Assembly (NCBI GenBank): GCA_963664225.1
Contig: OY760937.1
Location: forward strand, 1,824,001 to 1,888,000
Origin: Verrucomicrobiia bacterium
GTDB lineage: Bacteria > Verrucomicrobiota > Verrucomicrobiia > Limisphaerales > UBA1319
Direction: 5' to 3'
Length of the DNA stretch: 64,000 nucleotides
The position numbers were made by a program, and so were the translations under genes. A model generated the notes under the pieces. The model had not been told where the DNA came from, ran no database searches, and saw nothing but the letters and a program-made list of their open reading frames with translations. Positions 41,133-51,563 of this stretch are shown in pieces; within the stretch, counting starts at the first letter, position 1, and the number at the start of each line of letters is the position of its first letter.

Positions 41133-41386
41133 ACTTTAACTTTAATCCCGAGCCTGCCGCGCCGTCAATGGGGATGCGGAGGGGGGGAAATATGGCGGAC
41201 ATCGCCCTCGGATCGCCCTGCGGCGGAATGGGACCGTCCGTGCAACCCAGAATGACCGGAAACGCTCCTACTGGTGCATCGCTCAAAAACACACCCTCAG
41301 GACCGTCCCCATATGCCAAAGGCCACTTTCATGGCCTGGCATACGGAGACGCAGGACTGGCGCAAGGACATGGGCCAGACCAATTC

Positions 41387-44300
41387 TTATTTCGGGCCGA
41401 CAATTTCCCAGCCGGGCGCCAAATAGCGAGTGGGGGATAACGCTTGCCAAGTGCCTTGGAGATTCTTCATGGTCCAAATACCCACCTCGCCAGTTTGTTC
41501 ATTCTGCCAGATAATATCTGTGATGCCGTCGTTATTATAGTCGGCTGTGGCCGCCACCCGCCATTGCGACCCGGGATTTGACGGACTCAAATAGCGCCAC
41601 TGAACCCTGATAACGCCGTTCATATCCCATGCAATTAACGTGCCGTTTTGATGACGCCAGAGTATTTGCGAGTTGCCTTTTCCTTCAAAGTCTCCCGACC
41701 CAACAATGCGCCAGAGCGGATCGCCCGCATTAAATGGTGTGAGGTACTGGTAGAAGCCGTTCAGGCCATTCATAAACCAAGCCAGAATATCTCCATCTTC
41801 ATGCTGCCAAACAATTTCGGCTTTGCCATCCCGCGCCATGTTGGACGTCGCCACAATGCGCCATTGTTTGTCGTTCACCCGGGAAGGATTCAATTCCTTG
41901 AATGTGCCGTTTGTTCCGATCATGGACCACACACCCAGATAGCCATCATCGTGCTGCCAGATTATTTCGTATTTCCCATTGGCATCAATGTCGCCTGCAC
42001 CCACCATCTGCCATGTTGTCCCATTGATCGCGGCTGGATTCATGGACACTCTGGCCTTTTGCACGGAGCCGTTCATGAACCATGCCTGCAACTCGGTTCG
42101 GTTGTGCTGCCATAGAATCTCCGCTTTCTGGTCGCCTGTTACATCTCCCACCGCAACCATTTGCCAGTTTGGATCAAGTATTCGCGTGGGATTAAGGGCC
42201 TTGTAAATCCCCTGACCGTTTGTGACAACCCAGGACGCCAGCGATCCATCGCTGTGCTGAGCAACAATTTCTGCCTTGCCATCGCCATTGATGTCGCCTC
42301 CGCCCACAATCCGCCAGGAAGTGTTGAATTTTTCCAGAGTGAGGGGAACAAAGCAACCTTCCACCCCGTTCATCGTCCAGAATCCCAAAGCCCCCTGGCT
42401 GTGTTGCCAGAGAATTTCAGCTTTACCATCTCCATCAATATCCCCGGCACCGACAATCTTCCAATTCGTATCAAAAACACGGTCCGGTTTCAGGGAACCG
42501 AACTTCCATACGTTTTGGTTCACAAAACAAACTCCCACGCGACCGTCCGTGTTCTGCCATATGAGGTCCGCCTTGCCATCTTTATTGATATCACCGACGC
42601 CCCGCAAACGCCAGTTCGCATCTTGGGGAACATCCGTGTTGAGTGGGACGTAGGAACCTACCGTACCCGACATTATCCAAGCGGCCACAGAACCGTCACG
42701 GTGTTGGAAAACGATTTCCCTTTTCCCATCGCCATAAAGGTCTCCCGCCCCCACCATGCTCCAGTCCGCTTGCACAAACTGGGGCTGTAAGGCTGCATAT
42801 GCCCCGTTGGTATTGGTCATCATCCAAATGCCCAACTCACACTCCCGGTGCTGAAGCAGAATATCGGCATACCCGTCACCATTAAGGTCAAAGATCGGTG
42901 AAGAAGGCTTGGTGAAGACTGTTAGTTGCACATTGCGTATCGTGGTATCTCCACCACCACTGAACGTAACCGCAGCCGTGTAGATTGTGCCGCCAGACGA
43001 ACCGATCAGCGACTTGGCATTGTCGTTAATCGAGACGACGACATTGCCGGAGTTTTGACCGGTGGTTGGAGTGGCCGTTATCCAGTTCTTATCCGAGATG
43101 GCCGTCCAGTCCAAGGTCCCTCCACCGACATTGCTGACTGAATATGTTTTGCTTGACTGAGAGAATGGTCCACCTTGATTTCCGCTCGAGGCCAGTCCGT
43201 CTGAAGGCGATACACCTAGATGACTAACAGCCTTGAACGTCACTTGAACGCTATGGTTGTCCTGAATGTTGGAAAGAGTGTATCCGATGCCGCCATTCTG
43301 GACCACGACGCCATCCACAAGCCATTGACTCACGATATAGTTGGCATTCGGACTGCCATTAAAACTCACACCAGCACCACTGTTGACAATTTGGGCCGTG
43401 TTCGGGCTAACGTTACCGTTTGGACCAGCACTGGGAGTCACCGCATAGGTTACCACCACGGCTTTAAAAGTTACTTGGACTGTGTGGTTTGCGATAATAT
43501 CGCTAAGAGTATAGGTTGTGCTGCCGTTTAGATTGGCCACCGGAATGCCGTCCAATAGCCATTGGTCCACCACGTAGTTAGAGTTGAGAATTGGTCTGGC
43601 TACGAATGTTTGGTCCTCGCCAGGTCCTTTACTAATAACGCCACTTGGATCAACGCTGCCGCCACTTCCGGCTGATATGTCCAGCGTGTAATGATCAGGT
43701 GTCCATCTTACTGAGTAATAAACGGTACTTGTTGCGTCTCCATTTTGATCGCCTTGAAAAAGTCCACTAGCACCGGGTCGATATTGGACTTTTATTGTGT
43801 AATTAGCTGTTTGAACGAGTGAACTTGTTATGCTTAAATCAACGACTCTATCTCCTATTGCGGTGTAGGGGACAGAAACTCCTGCGGTAATGGGCTGACT
43901 CAATCCGCCACCGGTGATTGTTGCCTGGAGAAAACCCGTAGTTATCGGCGTCAGATTCACCCATACTTCAACCCCTAAAGTAGAACCAACCACCTTACCA
44001 GAACCCGATGGCGGAGAGATTCTTACCGAGTTTATAAGCGGTAGAGAATAACCAATGGAGACCGTATTTGGGCTTGACCCCCCAATATTATTATTTTCAA
44101 TCGCTTCTGCAACCTCCTGATTACAGTCAATGAATGCTGTAACGTAATAGTTTCCAGTCGGGACTGTGGTTGGGATGTCAATAATTTCTGAGTATGTTTT
44201 GCTCGCATTAGCAGCCAGGGTAGTCATTGGCCCATAGTATGCGATCATATAGGTTGTTCCATAGGGAGTGCTAGACAAATATATTTTTGTGGAGTGAGCT

Positions 44301-45058
44301 AATGTAGCGTCTGCCGTGCCTTTGTTTTTCTCTGTCCATCCCACCTGAATCGAACCTCCAGGAGTAACACTCACTGGAGAAACAGTTAGCGGTTCAACTA
44401 TCGTTAAATCAGGCTGACCATCACCAACAATTTGAGTTCTTCGGATCGGCCGGTATGCACTCAGACTGCTATAAGACCATAATTTGCGCTGGGCATGATG
44501 AGGAGTTTGCTCCATTGACCTTATGCCGGAACTTTCATAGTTCAAGAACATTATTATATGGCCGAGAGAGGAGGAGTTTATTGCGTCGCCCTGCAAGAGT
44601 GAGACAGAAGCCGCACTACCGATATTTCCCAGGCTAGACCAGTAAGGACCATTAATTCCGCTTTCAAATGTAGCAGTTGTATTGCGCTGAGGGAGTTTCC
44701 AACAGATACTAACGAACCCTGAGCAATCATTTCCGTAGCCTTTGTTTCCACTACCTGTGATTGGCATATAGCCAGCAAATTCCTGCCAATTATCCTGAGG
44801 ATTAGTTTGGCCGTAAGGGATTCCGGTGTAGGTGACTCCCTTTGTGTAAGTGTATCGCACAGCGACACCGCCCTCGGTATACTCGTAATTGTAAAACGTG
44901 TTATTGGGAGCCCATGTGGAATCGATCATTTGGTCGGCGATAGACTTGATTGAAGACCGAGTGATGCTGCCCCATGTATCGCCGTTCCACGCCCTTCCGG
45001 TGCTTGGCAAACAAAGGAGCAGAGTGACCAAAAGTAGTGATTTTACTTTCATAATCAT
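41387..45058 (-). CDS. Secreted modular protein: NlpC/P60-like catalytic domain, CARDB, Ig/B-repeat-like, BACON-like, 10 FG-GAP-like repeats
   Basis: Signal peptide; GNDCSGFVSICW..GDAI..GHIIMF..EQT; PDLTIV..VAEAIENNN; GGTLDWTA..WI; D.NGDGKAEI.WQH repeats; ends WEIVGPK. Confidence 0.8.
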   Translation of the reverse strand: MIMKVKSLLLVTLLLCLPSTGRAWNGDTWGSITRSSIKSIADQMIDSTWAPNNTFYNYEYTEGGVAVRYTYTKGVTYTGIPYGQTNPQDNWQEFAGYMPITGSGNKGYGNDCSGFVSICWKLPQRNTTATFESGINGPYWSSLGNIGSAASVSLLQGDAINSSSLGHIIMFLNYESSGIRSMEQTPHHAQRKLWSYSSLSAYRPIRRTQIVGDGQPDLTIVEPLTVSPVSVTPGGSIQVGWTEKNKGTADATLAHSTKIYLSSTPYGTTYMIAYYGPMTTLAANASKTYSEIIDIPTTVPTGNYYVTAFIDCNQEVAEAIENNNIGGSSPNTVSIGYSLPLINSVRISPPSGSGKVVGSTLGVEVWVNLTPITTGFLQATITGGGLSQPITAGVSVPYTAIGDRVVDLSITSSLVQTANYTIKVQYRPGASGLFQGDQNGDATSTVYYSVRWTPDHYTLDISAGSGGSVDPSGVISKGPGEDQTFVARPILNSNYVVDQWLLDGIPVANLNGSTTYTLSDIIANHTVQVTFKAVVVTYAVTPSAGPNGNVSPNTAQIVNSGAGVSFNGSPNANYIVSQWLVDGVVVQNGGIGYTLSNIQDNHSVQVTFKAVSHLGVSPSDGLASSGNQGGPFSQSSKTYSVSNVGGGTLDWTAISDKNWITATPTTGQNSGNVVVSINDNAKSLIGSSGGTIYTAAVTFSGGGDTTIRNVQLTVFTKPSSPIFDLNGDGYADILLQHRECELGIWMMTNTNGAYAALQPQFVQADWSMVGAGDLYGDGKREIVFQHRDGSVAAWIMSGTVGSYVPLNTDVPQDANWRLRGVGDINKDGKADLIWQNTDGRVGVCFVNQNVWKFGSLKPDRVFDTNWKIVGAGDIDGDGKAEILWQHSQGALGFWTMNGVEGCFVPLTLEKFNTSWRIVGGGDINGDGKAEIVAQHSDGSLASWVVTNGQGIYKALNPTRILDPNWQMVAVGDVTGDQKAEILWQHNRTELQAWFMNGSVQKARVSMNPAAINGTTWQMVGAGDIDANGKYEIIWQHDDGYLGVWSMIGTNGTFKELNPSRVNDKQWRIVATSNMARDGKAEIVWQHEDGDILAWFMNGLNGFYQYLTPFNAGDPLWRIVGSGDFEGKGNSQILWRHQNGTLIAWDMNGVIRVQWRYLSPSNPGSQWRVAATADYNNDGITDIIWQNEQTGEVGIWTMKNLQGTWQALSPTRYLAPGWEIVGPK

Positions 45059-45073
45059 TATTGGCTGCAGTCG

Positions 45074-46258
45074 TCATTGTCCGAAAACGTTAAGTTTCGC
45101 TTGATCCTGTTGAGGCAGGAACTGAACTATGGTCCCGCATGGCATCACAGTGACCAGTTTTGTTGTCCAAATTGCATAGTCATTTTCAGGAATCGTCGTG
45201 GTTCCTTCTTTCTCACCGGCAACATTGAAGGTAAGCACCTCAAGAACAACAGATTTCTCCACGAGCCTTTCGGTTTGGATATAGAAACGCTGGTCCTGAT
45301 CCTCGCCTATAAATGTGGCAGCGACAACACCTTCCAAGGGAATATTCATTTTCAAAATGGTCTGTTGACGCGCCTGGTCTAGCTCCTGAACAGCAAATCC
45401 CTGATCTTTTACGAGATTGATCGAATAAATGGAACCCCTTGTGCCATGAACGCCATTACTAGTCCGTTTAATCGAGGTGTCGGCAGCTGTGAGCGATCCA
45501 CTCTCAAGATTAGCGATCAGGACATCACTGTTCGCTGCATCTGCGAAATATATAGCACCGTTGGCTACATGAAAGTAACCTCTTGTGGTAATATCTGCTG
45601 GATTAAGTTTCAATGAGCTTTGAAGCGCGCCTTGTGCATCATATTGATATAGAGTAAGTTTGATCTGATCAAACACGTAAACGCGGCTTTTTTGATCCAC
45701 TGCAATATCGTTAATTTCGATTCCTGCCAGGTTGATGTTCCGCAGATAAGTTCCATCCTTGGAATAGATAACGATTCGATGATTCACCAAGTCTGCCACA
45801 AGAACATTTCCGTTTGCATCGACAGAGTACGACTCTGGCCCAGTTGGAGTTTCACCATTTTCTCGCCTTAAACCGACTTCGCCCTCCCCCTGACCATATT
45901 TTACGACTTTATGCACGCTCGCTTCCTGCGTGGTTGTCCGTGGAACAGCCGGGATCCTTGCAAAACGCGGCGCGGCCGGTCTAATGCGTTTAGGGCTAGC
46001 TTCCGCAGATGGCGACGCCTCCAAGAAGGAGAGGGCTACCCTATGCTTTGCGGAGTGGACCCAAACTGACCAAGCGCAGGTGATCATAAGTAACACTATA
46101 ATAAGCAAAGGGATTTTCCGGTTCAGGCGTGACTCACTGAGCCACTTTAAGTATCCCTTCACGCATTTTTCGACGATAGTTAAGGATCTGCGAAATATGC
46201 CTCCGTTATAGATCATTTTATATTTTCCTCTGCGCCCTTGTTTTCTCCACGACAACAT
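45074..46258 (-). CDS. Membrane-anchored NHL-repeat/beta-propeller protein
   Basis: TM helix; GPESYSVDANGNVLVADLVNHRIVIYSKDG; start uncertain. Confidence 0.7.
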   Translation of the reverse strand: MLSWRKQGRRGKYKMIYNGGIFRRSLTIVEKCVKGYLKWLSESRLNRKIPLLIIVLLMITCAWSVWVHSAKHRVALSFLEASPSAEASPKRIRPAAPRFARIPAVPRTTTQEASVHKVVKYGQGEGEVGLRRENGETPTGPESYSVDANGNVLVADLVNHRIVIYSKDGTYLRNINLAGIEINDIAVDQKSRVYVFDQIKLTLYQYDAQGALQSSLKLNPADITTRGYFHVANGAIYFADAANSDVLIANLESGSLTAADTSIKRTSNGVHGTRGSIYSINLVKDQGFAVQELDQARQQTILKMNIPLEGVVAATFIGEDQDQRFYIQTERLVEKSVVLEVLTFNVAGEKEGTTTIPENDYAIWTTKLVTVMPCGTIVQFLPQQDQAKLNVFGQ

Positions 46259-46638
46259 GAAAGCGGCGCTCCTTAGTCCAGAACAAATACTTACATGCTT
46301 CCATTGGAACGATTCCGGCCTAACGCGATATGGACACAGCCGAGAACTTTTTTAGTGAGTAAAACTACCAGTTTGGAATTAGACAGCAGCTAAAGCCGAA
46401 TTTCTGTAATACCTTGGTTTACGGTTCGTAAGAATTGATTACCACTCCTCGGACGACAGAGAATAAGTTTCCATCGAGTGAATTGGCTACTGTTTTCCGC
46501 CTGTACGACATGCATTGCAAGATAATTATTTAGGTTTTTGATGATTATTTTCTGTGGTGGCGGGAATCGCCCTGAGAATCATAGACGCAGAACAGGTGGA
46601 GACTGATGCAATCTGTTCAGAATTAATGTTTTGCATGA

Positions 46639-46667
46639 ACGCCGCGTGGGGGCATGCGGCCTGCAAT
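46639..46667 (-). repeat. GTAG-type REP-like palindrome, copy 1 (degenerate)
   Basis: 27/29 identical to 48505-48533. Confidence 0.7.
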
Positions 46668-46840
46668 TTGTTACTCCCAACGGCGCGCAGAGGACTGCAT
46701 CTACCGCGATCTCTCCCTGATCGTGCCAATTGAGGCCTGTGGAGAGAGAAGAATCACGGCTGGGGCACGCTGGACAATGCGGATGCGCGGGACGGACGGA
46801 TGGTTTCGTTTTGGATGCGAACGGGAATATGAACAGGGCA

Positions 46841-46880
46841 CCCTCACCCCGTACCCTCTCCCGCTGGCGCAGGAGAGGGA
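46841..46880. repeat. REP-like hairpin CCCTCACCCC..CCCTCTCC..GGAGAGGG
   Basis: 8-bp stem CCCTCTCC/GGAGAGGG, intergenic. Confidence 0.6.
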
Positions 46881-47116
46881 GAAGATTCGTTCGGTTCTTT
46901 GGGTTGGCTGTGTTTATTGGCCCCATATACTTCCATGTCGTTTTAAAGCCTTTTTGGGCTTGCTGAAGAATTTTGCCAGGGGGCGCAGGACAAAATTCAG
47001 GAGTGCGGAAGACAGCCATGGCAGTGCGCTGTTTTAAATCGGTTTTGCGGCAACGGCAGAACTAGCGGGCGGGATTCGCGGCGGACTTGAAAACGTTGGG
47101 TTCAAGAACGCTTTAA

Positions 47117-47139
47117 GCCGGTCAGGAGACCGGCGCTCC
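47117..47139. repeat. REP-like hairpin GCCGGTC-AGGA-GACCGGC-GCTCC
   Basis: Perfect 7-bp stem with a GGAG-leading flank on the minus strand. Confidence 0.55.
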
Positions 47140-47229
47140 GAAGTCACCGTGGCATGACGAGACGCGAGCCTAAATGGGTTACCCCTTTCCCTCGCCTTTG
47201 TTAACAGGTTGTCCTATAATCGGCGGCAT

Positions 47230-48489
47230 ATGAACAACTGCGTAAGGAAGAGTGATCTCAAGCTCATTTTTGCATTGGCGTGTGCATGGATGGCGGTTGG
47301 ATGTCTTTCGGCGCATGGGGCGGACCAATGGTCTCGTTTTCGTGGTGCGGACGGTTCTGGCATCAGCGCCGCCACGCATCTTCCCATTCAATGGTCTGAC
47401 ACGAATGTGGCCTGGAAAATTGCGCTCCCGGGAAAAGGCCATTCCTCGCCGGTTGTTTGGAACGAGCGCGTTTTTGTAACCAGCGGCGACGCGGCAAAGG
47501 CGGATCGTTATCTCACGTGTGTCAACGCGCTCGATGGCAAGGTGCTTTGGGAAAAGACTTATTCCTCCAAGCCGTTCAAACAGCATACGGACAATAGTTT
47601 TGCCACCTCCACCGCCGCAGTGGATGCCAGCGGTGTTTATTTTTATTGGACCACGCCGGAAGCGGTTTCAGTAACGGCGCTGACTCTCGATGGGAAGGAA
47701 AAATGGACGAAAAACCTGGGCCCTTTTGCAAGCCAACATGGAAGCGGCGCCTCGTTGGTCATCCAAAACCAGGTGGTCTGGGTCAACAACGACCAGGATG
47801 GCGCCAGCGCCTTGATCGGACTGGACACCGTCTCAGGCGAAACCAAATACAACATCAAAAGAACTGCGGACAAGGTTTCGTACGCCACGCCGTGTTTGTT
47901 CAAGCCGGAGGGAGCGCCCGCTGAGCTCGTTTTCGCGGCATCCAGCCACGGTTTGACCAGCGTGAATCCCGCCAATGGCCTTGTAAACTGGGAATGCACG
48001 AATCTCTTTCCCGCGCGCGTCGTTTCCTCTCCCGTGGTATGCGATGGATTGATTGTTTGCACCTGCGGCGAAGGAGGCGTGGGGAGGCGTCTGGTGGCCG
48101 TTCGTCCAAAACATGGGAATGAACCGGCCGCCTTGGTTTATGATTTGAAAACCGGCGTTTCCTATGTGCCCACGCCGCTGGCGATCGACGGCAGGCTGTA
48201 TCTGGTGGGCGATAACGGCCTCGTGCGGTGTGTCCGGGCCGCAACAGGCGAAGCGATCTGGCAGCAGAAATTACCGGAGCAATTCTACGCATCGCCGGTG
48301 AGCGCGGAGGGTCGGCTCTACCTGACCAGCAAGAGCGGCGTGGTGTTCGTTCTCAAAGCGGGCGAGTCGTTTGAGTTGCTGGCCCAAAACGCATTGGGCG
48401 AATCAAGCTTTGCCACCCCCGCCATCGCGGACGGAAAAATATTCTTCAGAACGCTTTCGCATTTGATTGCCGTTGGTGGGGCAAAATAA
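47230..48489 (+). CDS. PQQ-binding-like beta-propeller protein (BamB-like repeats)
   Basis: Signal peptide, WSRFRG..GSG, GHSSPVVW, YASPV, FATPAIADG. Confidence 0.9.
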   Translation: MNNCVRKSDLKLIFALACAWMAVGCLSAHGADQWSRFRGADGSGISAATHLPIQWSDTNVAWKIALPGKGHSSPVVWNERVFVTSGDAAKADRYLTCVNALDGKVLWEKTYSSKPFKQHTDNSFATSTAAVDASGVYFYWTTPEAVSVTALTLDGKEKWTKNLGPFASQHGSGASLVIQNQVVWVNNDQDGASALIGLDTVSGETKYNIKRTADKVSYATPCLFKPEGAPAELVFAASSHGLTSVNPANGLVNWECTNLFPARVVSSPVVCDGLIVCTCGEGGVGRRLVAVRPKHGNEPAALVYDLKTGVSYVPTPLAIDGRLYLVGDNGLVRCVRAATGEAIWQQKLPEQFYASPVSAEGRLYLTSKSGVVFVLKAGESFELLAQNALGESSFATPAIADGKIFFRTLSHLIAVGGAK

Positions 48490-48504
48490 CCATTGGAGTT
48501 TTGG

Positions 48505-48533
48505 ACGCCGCGTGGGGGCACGCGGCCTACAAT
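48505..48533 (-). repeat. GTAG-type REP-like palindrome, copy 2
   Basis: Minus strand reads GTAG-GCCGCGTG-CCCC-CACGCGGC. Confidence 0.75.
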
Positions 48534-48617
48534 GAAAAAAGGCGCCGGGCAGAAGCGCAGCACCGGTTAAATTACACGATCCTGCAGATGCGGTTACCTT
48601 GCGAGCCGCAGATCGGT

Positions 48618-50075
48618 TTACGGCCGTTTTCTGATTTCGTCCTTCTGGTAGGCGCGCAGGTATTCGGCGCGGTATTCGTTCACGGCCTGGATACTCGTGA
48701 CGCATTCCTCCCATGGCATGGCGGGACGCGGGCTCAGATGGGCGATGGGCGTCACCTTCCCTTTGTATTGCGCGGCCAGCTTTTGGAATTCCCGGCCCCA
48801 GGCTTTCAACGTTCCGTCGCTGGTCACCAGCCCAATGAACTGGCTTGGGTCCGTGGACTCGGGAGTGTCAAAAAATCCCCAATTCAGCCAGCCGGTGGCC
48901 AGACCGTAAGTCGTTTCCACCAGCCGCCGACAATAGCGCGCCTGCTGCTCTTCGGTCGCCGCGGGATGTTTGCCGCCGTCGAACCGGGGTTTGCCACCGC
49001 CATACCAGCCAAATTCGCCCAAGACCACCGGCTTGCCGCACAGGGCCGCCTGCCGCACCACGCATTCGCAGTAGGCCAGATTCTGCTCCTCGGAAGCGTC
49101 ATCCTTGTATTCAAAGGCACCGTTGGCCAGCGGGTAAAAATGGATCGTCACAAAATCAAGCAACGGGGCCTGGGACGCGGGCCGGAAAGCGGCATAATGC
49201 TTGATGGCCGGTAATGCGGCGGGAACCGACCATTGGATCAAGCCCACGGTGACCATGGCCTGGGGGTCGGCCGACTTAATCGCCTGCACCTGGCGGCGGG
49301 TCCATTCCACGGCCTTTTCATCGCGAAACCGCTGGTAATCGATCAACCGGAGATTCCCCAGCGCATCGACCGGTTCAGGCGCAGCCACAGCGCCCGGGAA
49401 GCCATCCACCGCATTGACATGCCACGCCGCCTGAATTTTCTCCGTGCTCCCGTAACGGTCCTGGAGCCAGCGGTTCCATTTGGTTTTCAAGGCCGGGGTG
49501 TCCCAGCCCATTTCGGGTTCGTTGAGGAGGTCGTAGGCGAAAATCACGTTCCTGCCCTTGTAACGCGCGGCGAATAATTTCCAGAAAGTCTCCACGGCAT
49601 CCAGGGCCGTGTCGTCGGCATAGCGGTCCGCCTTTGCCCATTCTGGAAATCCCTCCCAATGATCCGGGCCGGTCGGATGCACGTAAATGCCCGCCTCCTC
49701 GGCGATGGTGAGGAACTGATCGAACCTGGCCAGGCCCTCGGGATCGAGCGCGCCGGGCTTGGAATAAAAGGAGCCGTAGGTGAGAAAGACGCGCGCGCAG
49801 TTCACCCCCAACCCCTTCATTTGCGCGAAATCCTTGCGCGTGACCTCGGCGTCGAATTTCTTCCACACCTGCGGCGCCCAACCGGTGCCCGGGTGGAAAT
49901 AGGACACGCCGAAGGGCACAAATGGGGTGCCCTGGACGGTTTCGAAAGTGCGTCCATTGGACGCCACCCGGATTTTCGGAAGCGCCGAGGTTGAAGAGTT
50001 TCCATTTTCCGCCGTTGCTTTAAGCCCAGACAACAGCAGCCCAGCCAGCATGACCGCGCAAAGCATGTGTTTCAT
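48618..50075 (-). CDS. Secreted clan GH-A glycoside hydrolase (GH5/GH42-like)
   Basis: Signal peptide from ATG 50075; YDLLNEP acid/base, IHFYP, VLGEFG nucleophile. Confidence 0.85.
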   Translation of the reverse strand: MKHMLCAVMLAGLLLSGLKATAENGNSSTSALPKIRVASNGRTFETVQGTPFVPFGVSYFHPGTGWAPQVWKKFDAEVTRKDFAQMKGLGVNCARVFLTYGSFYSKPGALDPEGLARFDQFLTIAEEAGIYVHPTGPDHWEGFPEWAKADRYADDTALDAVETFWKLFAARYKGRNVIFAYDLLNEPEMGWDTPALKTKWNRWLQDRYGSTEKIQAAWHVNAVDGFPGAVAAPEPVDALGNLRLIDYQRFRDEKAVEWTRRQVQAIKSADPQAMVTVGLIQWSVPAALPAIKHYAAFRPASQAPLLDFVTIHFYPLANGAFEYKDDASEEQNLAYCECVVRQAALCGKPVVLGEFGWYGGGKPRFDGGKHPAATEEQQARYCRRLVETTYGLATGWLNWGFFDTPESTDPSQFIGLVTSDGTLKAWGREFQKLAAQYKGKVTPIAHLSPRPAMPWEECVTSIQAVNEYRAEYLRAYQKDEIRKRP

Positions 50076-50636
50076 GTGATGGCCTCCATGGTAACGCAAC
50101 GCGCAGCGAATTTCCAACCTTTTGCTGTGACATTTTGCCCGCTTGTCGCCTGCCTGACGCGAGCCTGTAACCCGCCCATGCAATCTTTTACAAGGGCGGA
50201 GAAAAATCTTCGCAGCCCAATGAACGCGACACCGTAAATAATAAATAGCGACGCATGCATCCAAAAAACGACAACGCCGCCGCATTTCACGCCACCCGCC
50301 GCGAGCATCCTTTCATTGCCGCCCATTCGGCGATTACCCCTCCCGGTATCGGCCACGATGCCCATCGCCTCATGGCCAACCGCTGGAGCAGCTCCTTCTT
50401 TTACCTGATGCGGATCCGTCAAATACAGGAGGCGCGCACCACCCGATTTGGGGCGATCCGGTAAACGCAATCCCTGGAGCATTCGCGTCCCAAAAAATCA
50501 AACCAATGAGCGGGTGATTGATTTTATCGTTCACCCGTTCATGCAGGAATGTCCACGGGGCTATTTGCACAACTGGCAAAGTGTTCACAGGTGAGTGATA
50601 TTCCGTGGTTGCGAATTACCGAACAAGGAACCAGCC

Positions 50637-51314
50637 ATGGAAAAGAAACACATGCCCGCCGCCAGGATCGAAATCACAGAGAACGGCCCCTATCTCGTTA
50701 GCGGCGGTCTGCCGCTCAGTGAAGAATCCATTGTCACGAATGCCGAAGGTGATTCACTCGATTACCGGGTAGATAAGAAGTTTCCACTGAAGCCGCAGTA
50801 TGCGCTCTGCCGCTGCGGCCAGTCTGGTAACAAGCCCTTCTGCGACGGCACGCATGTCGCAGTTCCATTCGACGGCACCGAGACTGCCAGCCGGCAGCCT
50901 TATCTGGAACAGGCCGAGACAATCGAAGGCCCGACGATGCGGCTTACCGATGCCGAGGGCCTGTGCGCCTTCGCGCGATTCTGCGATCCCAAGGGGAGGA
51001 TATGGAACCTTGTCCAGCAACCGGATAATCCCGAAACCCGCAAAATTGTCGAGCACGAGGCAGGCCACTGTCCTGCGGGACGGCTGGTGTTGTGGGATCG
51101 CGTGACAGGCAAGCCCATTGAGCCGAAGTTCGAACCGTCGCTCGTGCTGATAGAGGATACAGAGAAGCAGGTGAGCGGGCCAATCTGGGTGCGGGGAGGA
51201 ATCCCGGTTGTGTCAGCGGACGGAAAAACCCTAGAGATTCGAAATCGAGTCACGCTGTGTCGCTGCGGCCAATCCTCCAACAAGCCGTATTGCGATGGCG
51301 CCCACGCGGGATGA
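50637..51314 (+). CDS. CDGSH iron-sulfur protein (CDGSH - divergent 4Fe-4S - CDGSH)
   Basis: LCRCGQSGNKPFCDGTH, LCAFARFC..CPAGRL, LCRCGQSSNKPYCDGAH. Confidence 0.92.
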   Translation: MEKKHMPAARIEITENGPYLVSGGLPLSEESIVTNAEGDSLDYRVDKKFPLKPQYALCRCGQSGNKPFCDGTHVAVPFDGTETASRQPYLEQAETIEGPTMRLTDAEGLCAFARFCDPKGRIWNLVQQPDNPETRKIVEHEAGHCPAGRLVLWDRVTGKPIEPKFEPSLVLIEDTEKQVSGPIWVRGGIPVVSADGKTLEIRNRVTLCRCGQSSNKPYCDGAHAG

Positions 51315-51345
51315 GAATGGCAGCGGGGCGGACTGGGCCAGATTC

Positions 51346-51534
51346 CTACCGAGTTTCAATGGTTAGCGGCAGGCCGCGTTCAGAGCGGACTTCCAGACAA
51401 GCCAAGATAGCGTCACGAATGTTAACCAGAGCCTCATCGCGCGTTTGACCCTGGCTCACACAGCCGGGAATCGAAGAACACTCCGCAATCCAAACGCCGT
51501 CTTCGTCGCGTTTCAACGTTGTCGCAAGTTTCAT
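51346..51534 (-). CDS. HicB-family antitoxin-like protein (short)
   Basis: DEDGVWIAECSSIPGCVSQGQTRDEALVNIRDAI. Confidence 0.85.
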   Translation of the reverse strand: MKLATTLKRDEDGVWIAECSSIPGCVSQGQTRDEALVNIRDAILACLEVRSERGLPLTIETR

Positions 51535-51563
51535 ATCTGATCAATGAAAAGTCGCATGAAAGC

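Noticed and set aside
41400..42890. Periodic DNA repeats that could suggest a CRISPR array or DGR
   Set aside because: They are diverged protein-coding FG-GAP repeats; no spacer structure and no cas or reverse transcriptase gene
50072..50482. Possible small membrane protein or remnant (GGVVVFWMHASLFIIYGVAFIG)
   Set aside because: Only one hydrophobic stretch and no recognisable family; cannot be supported
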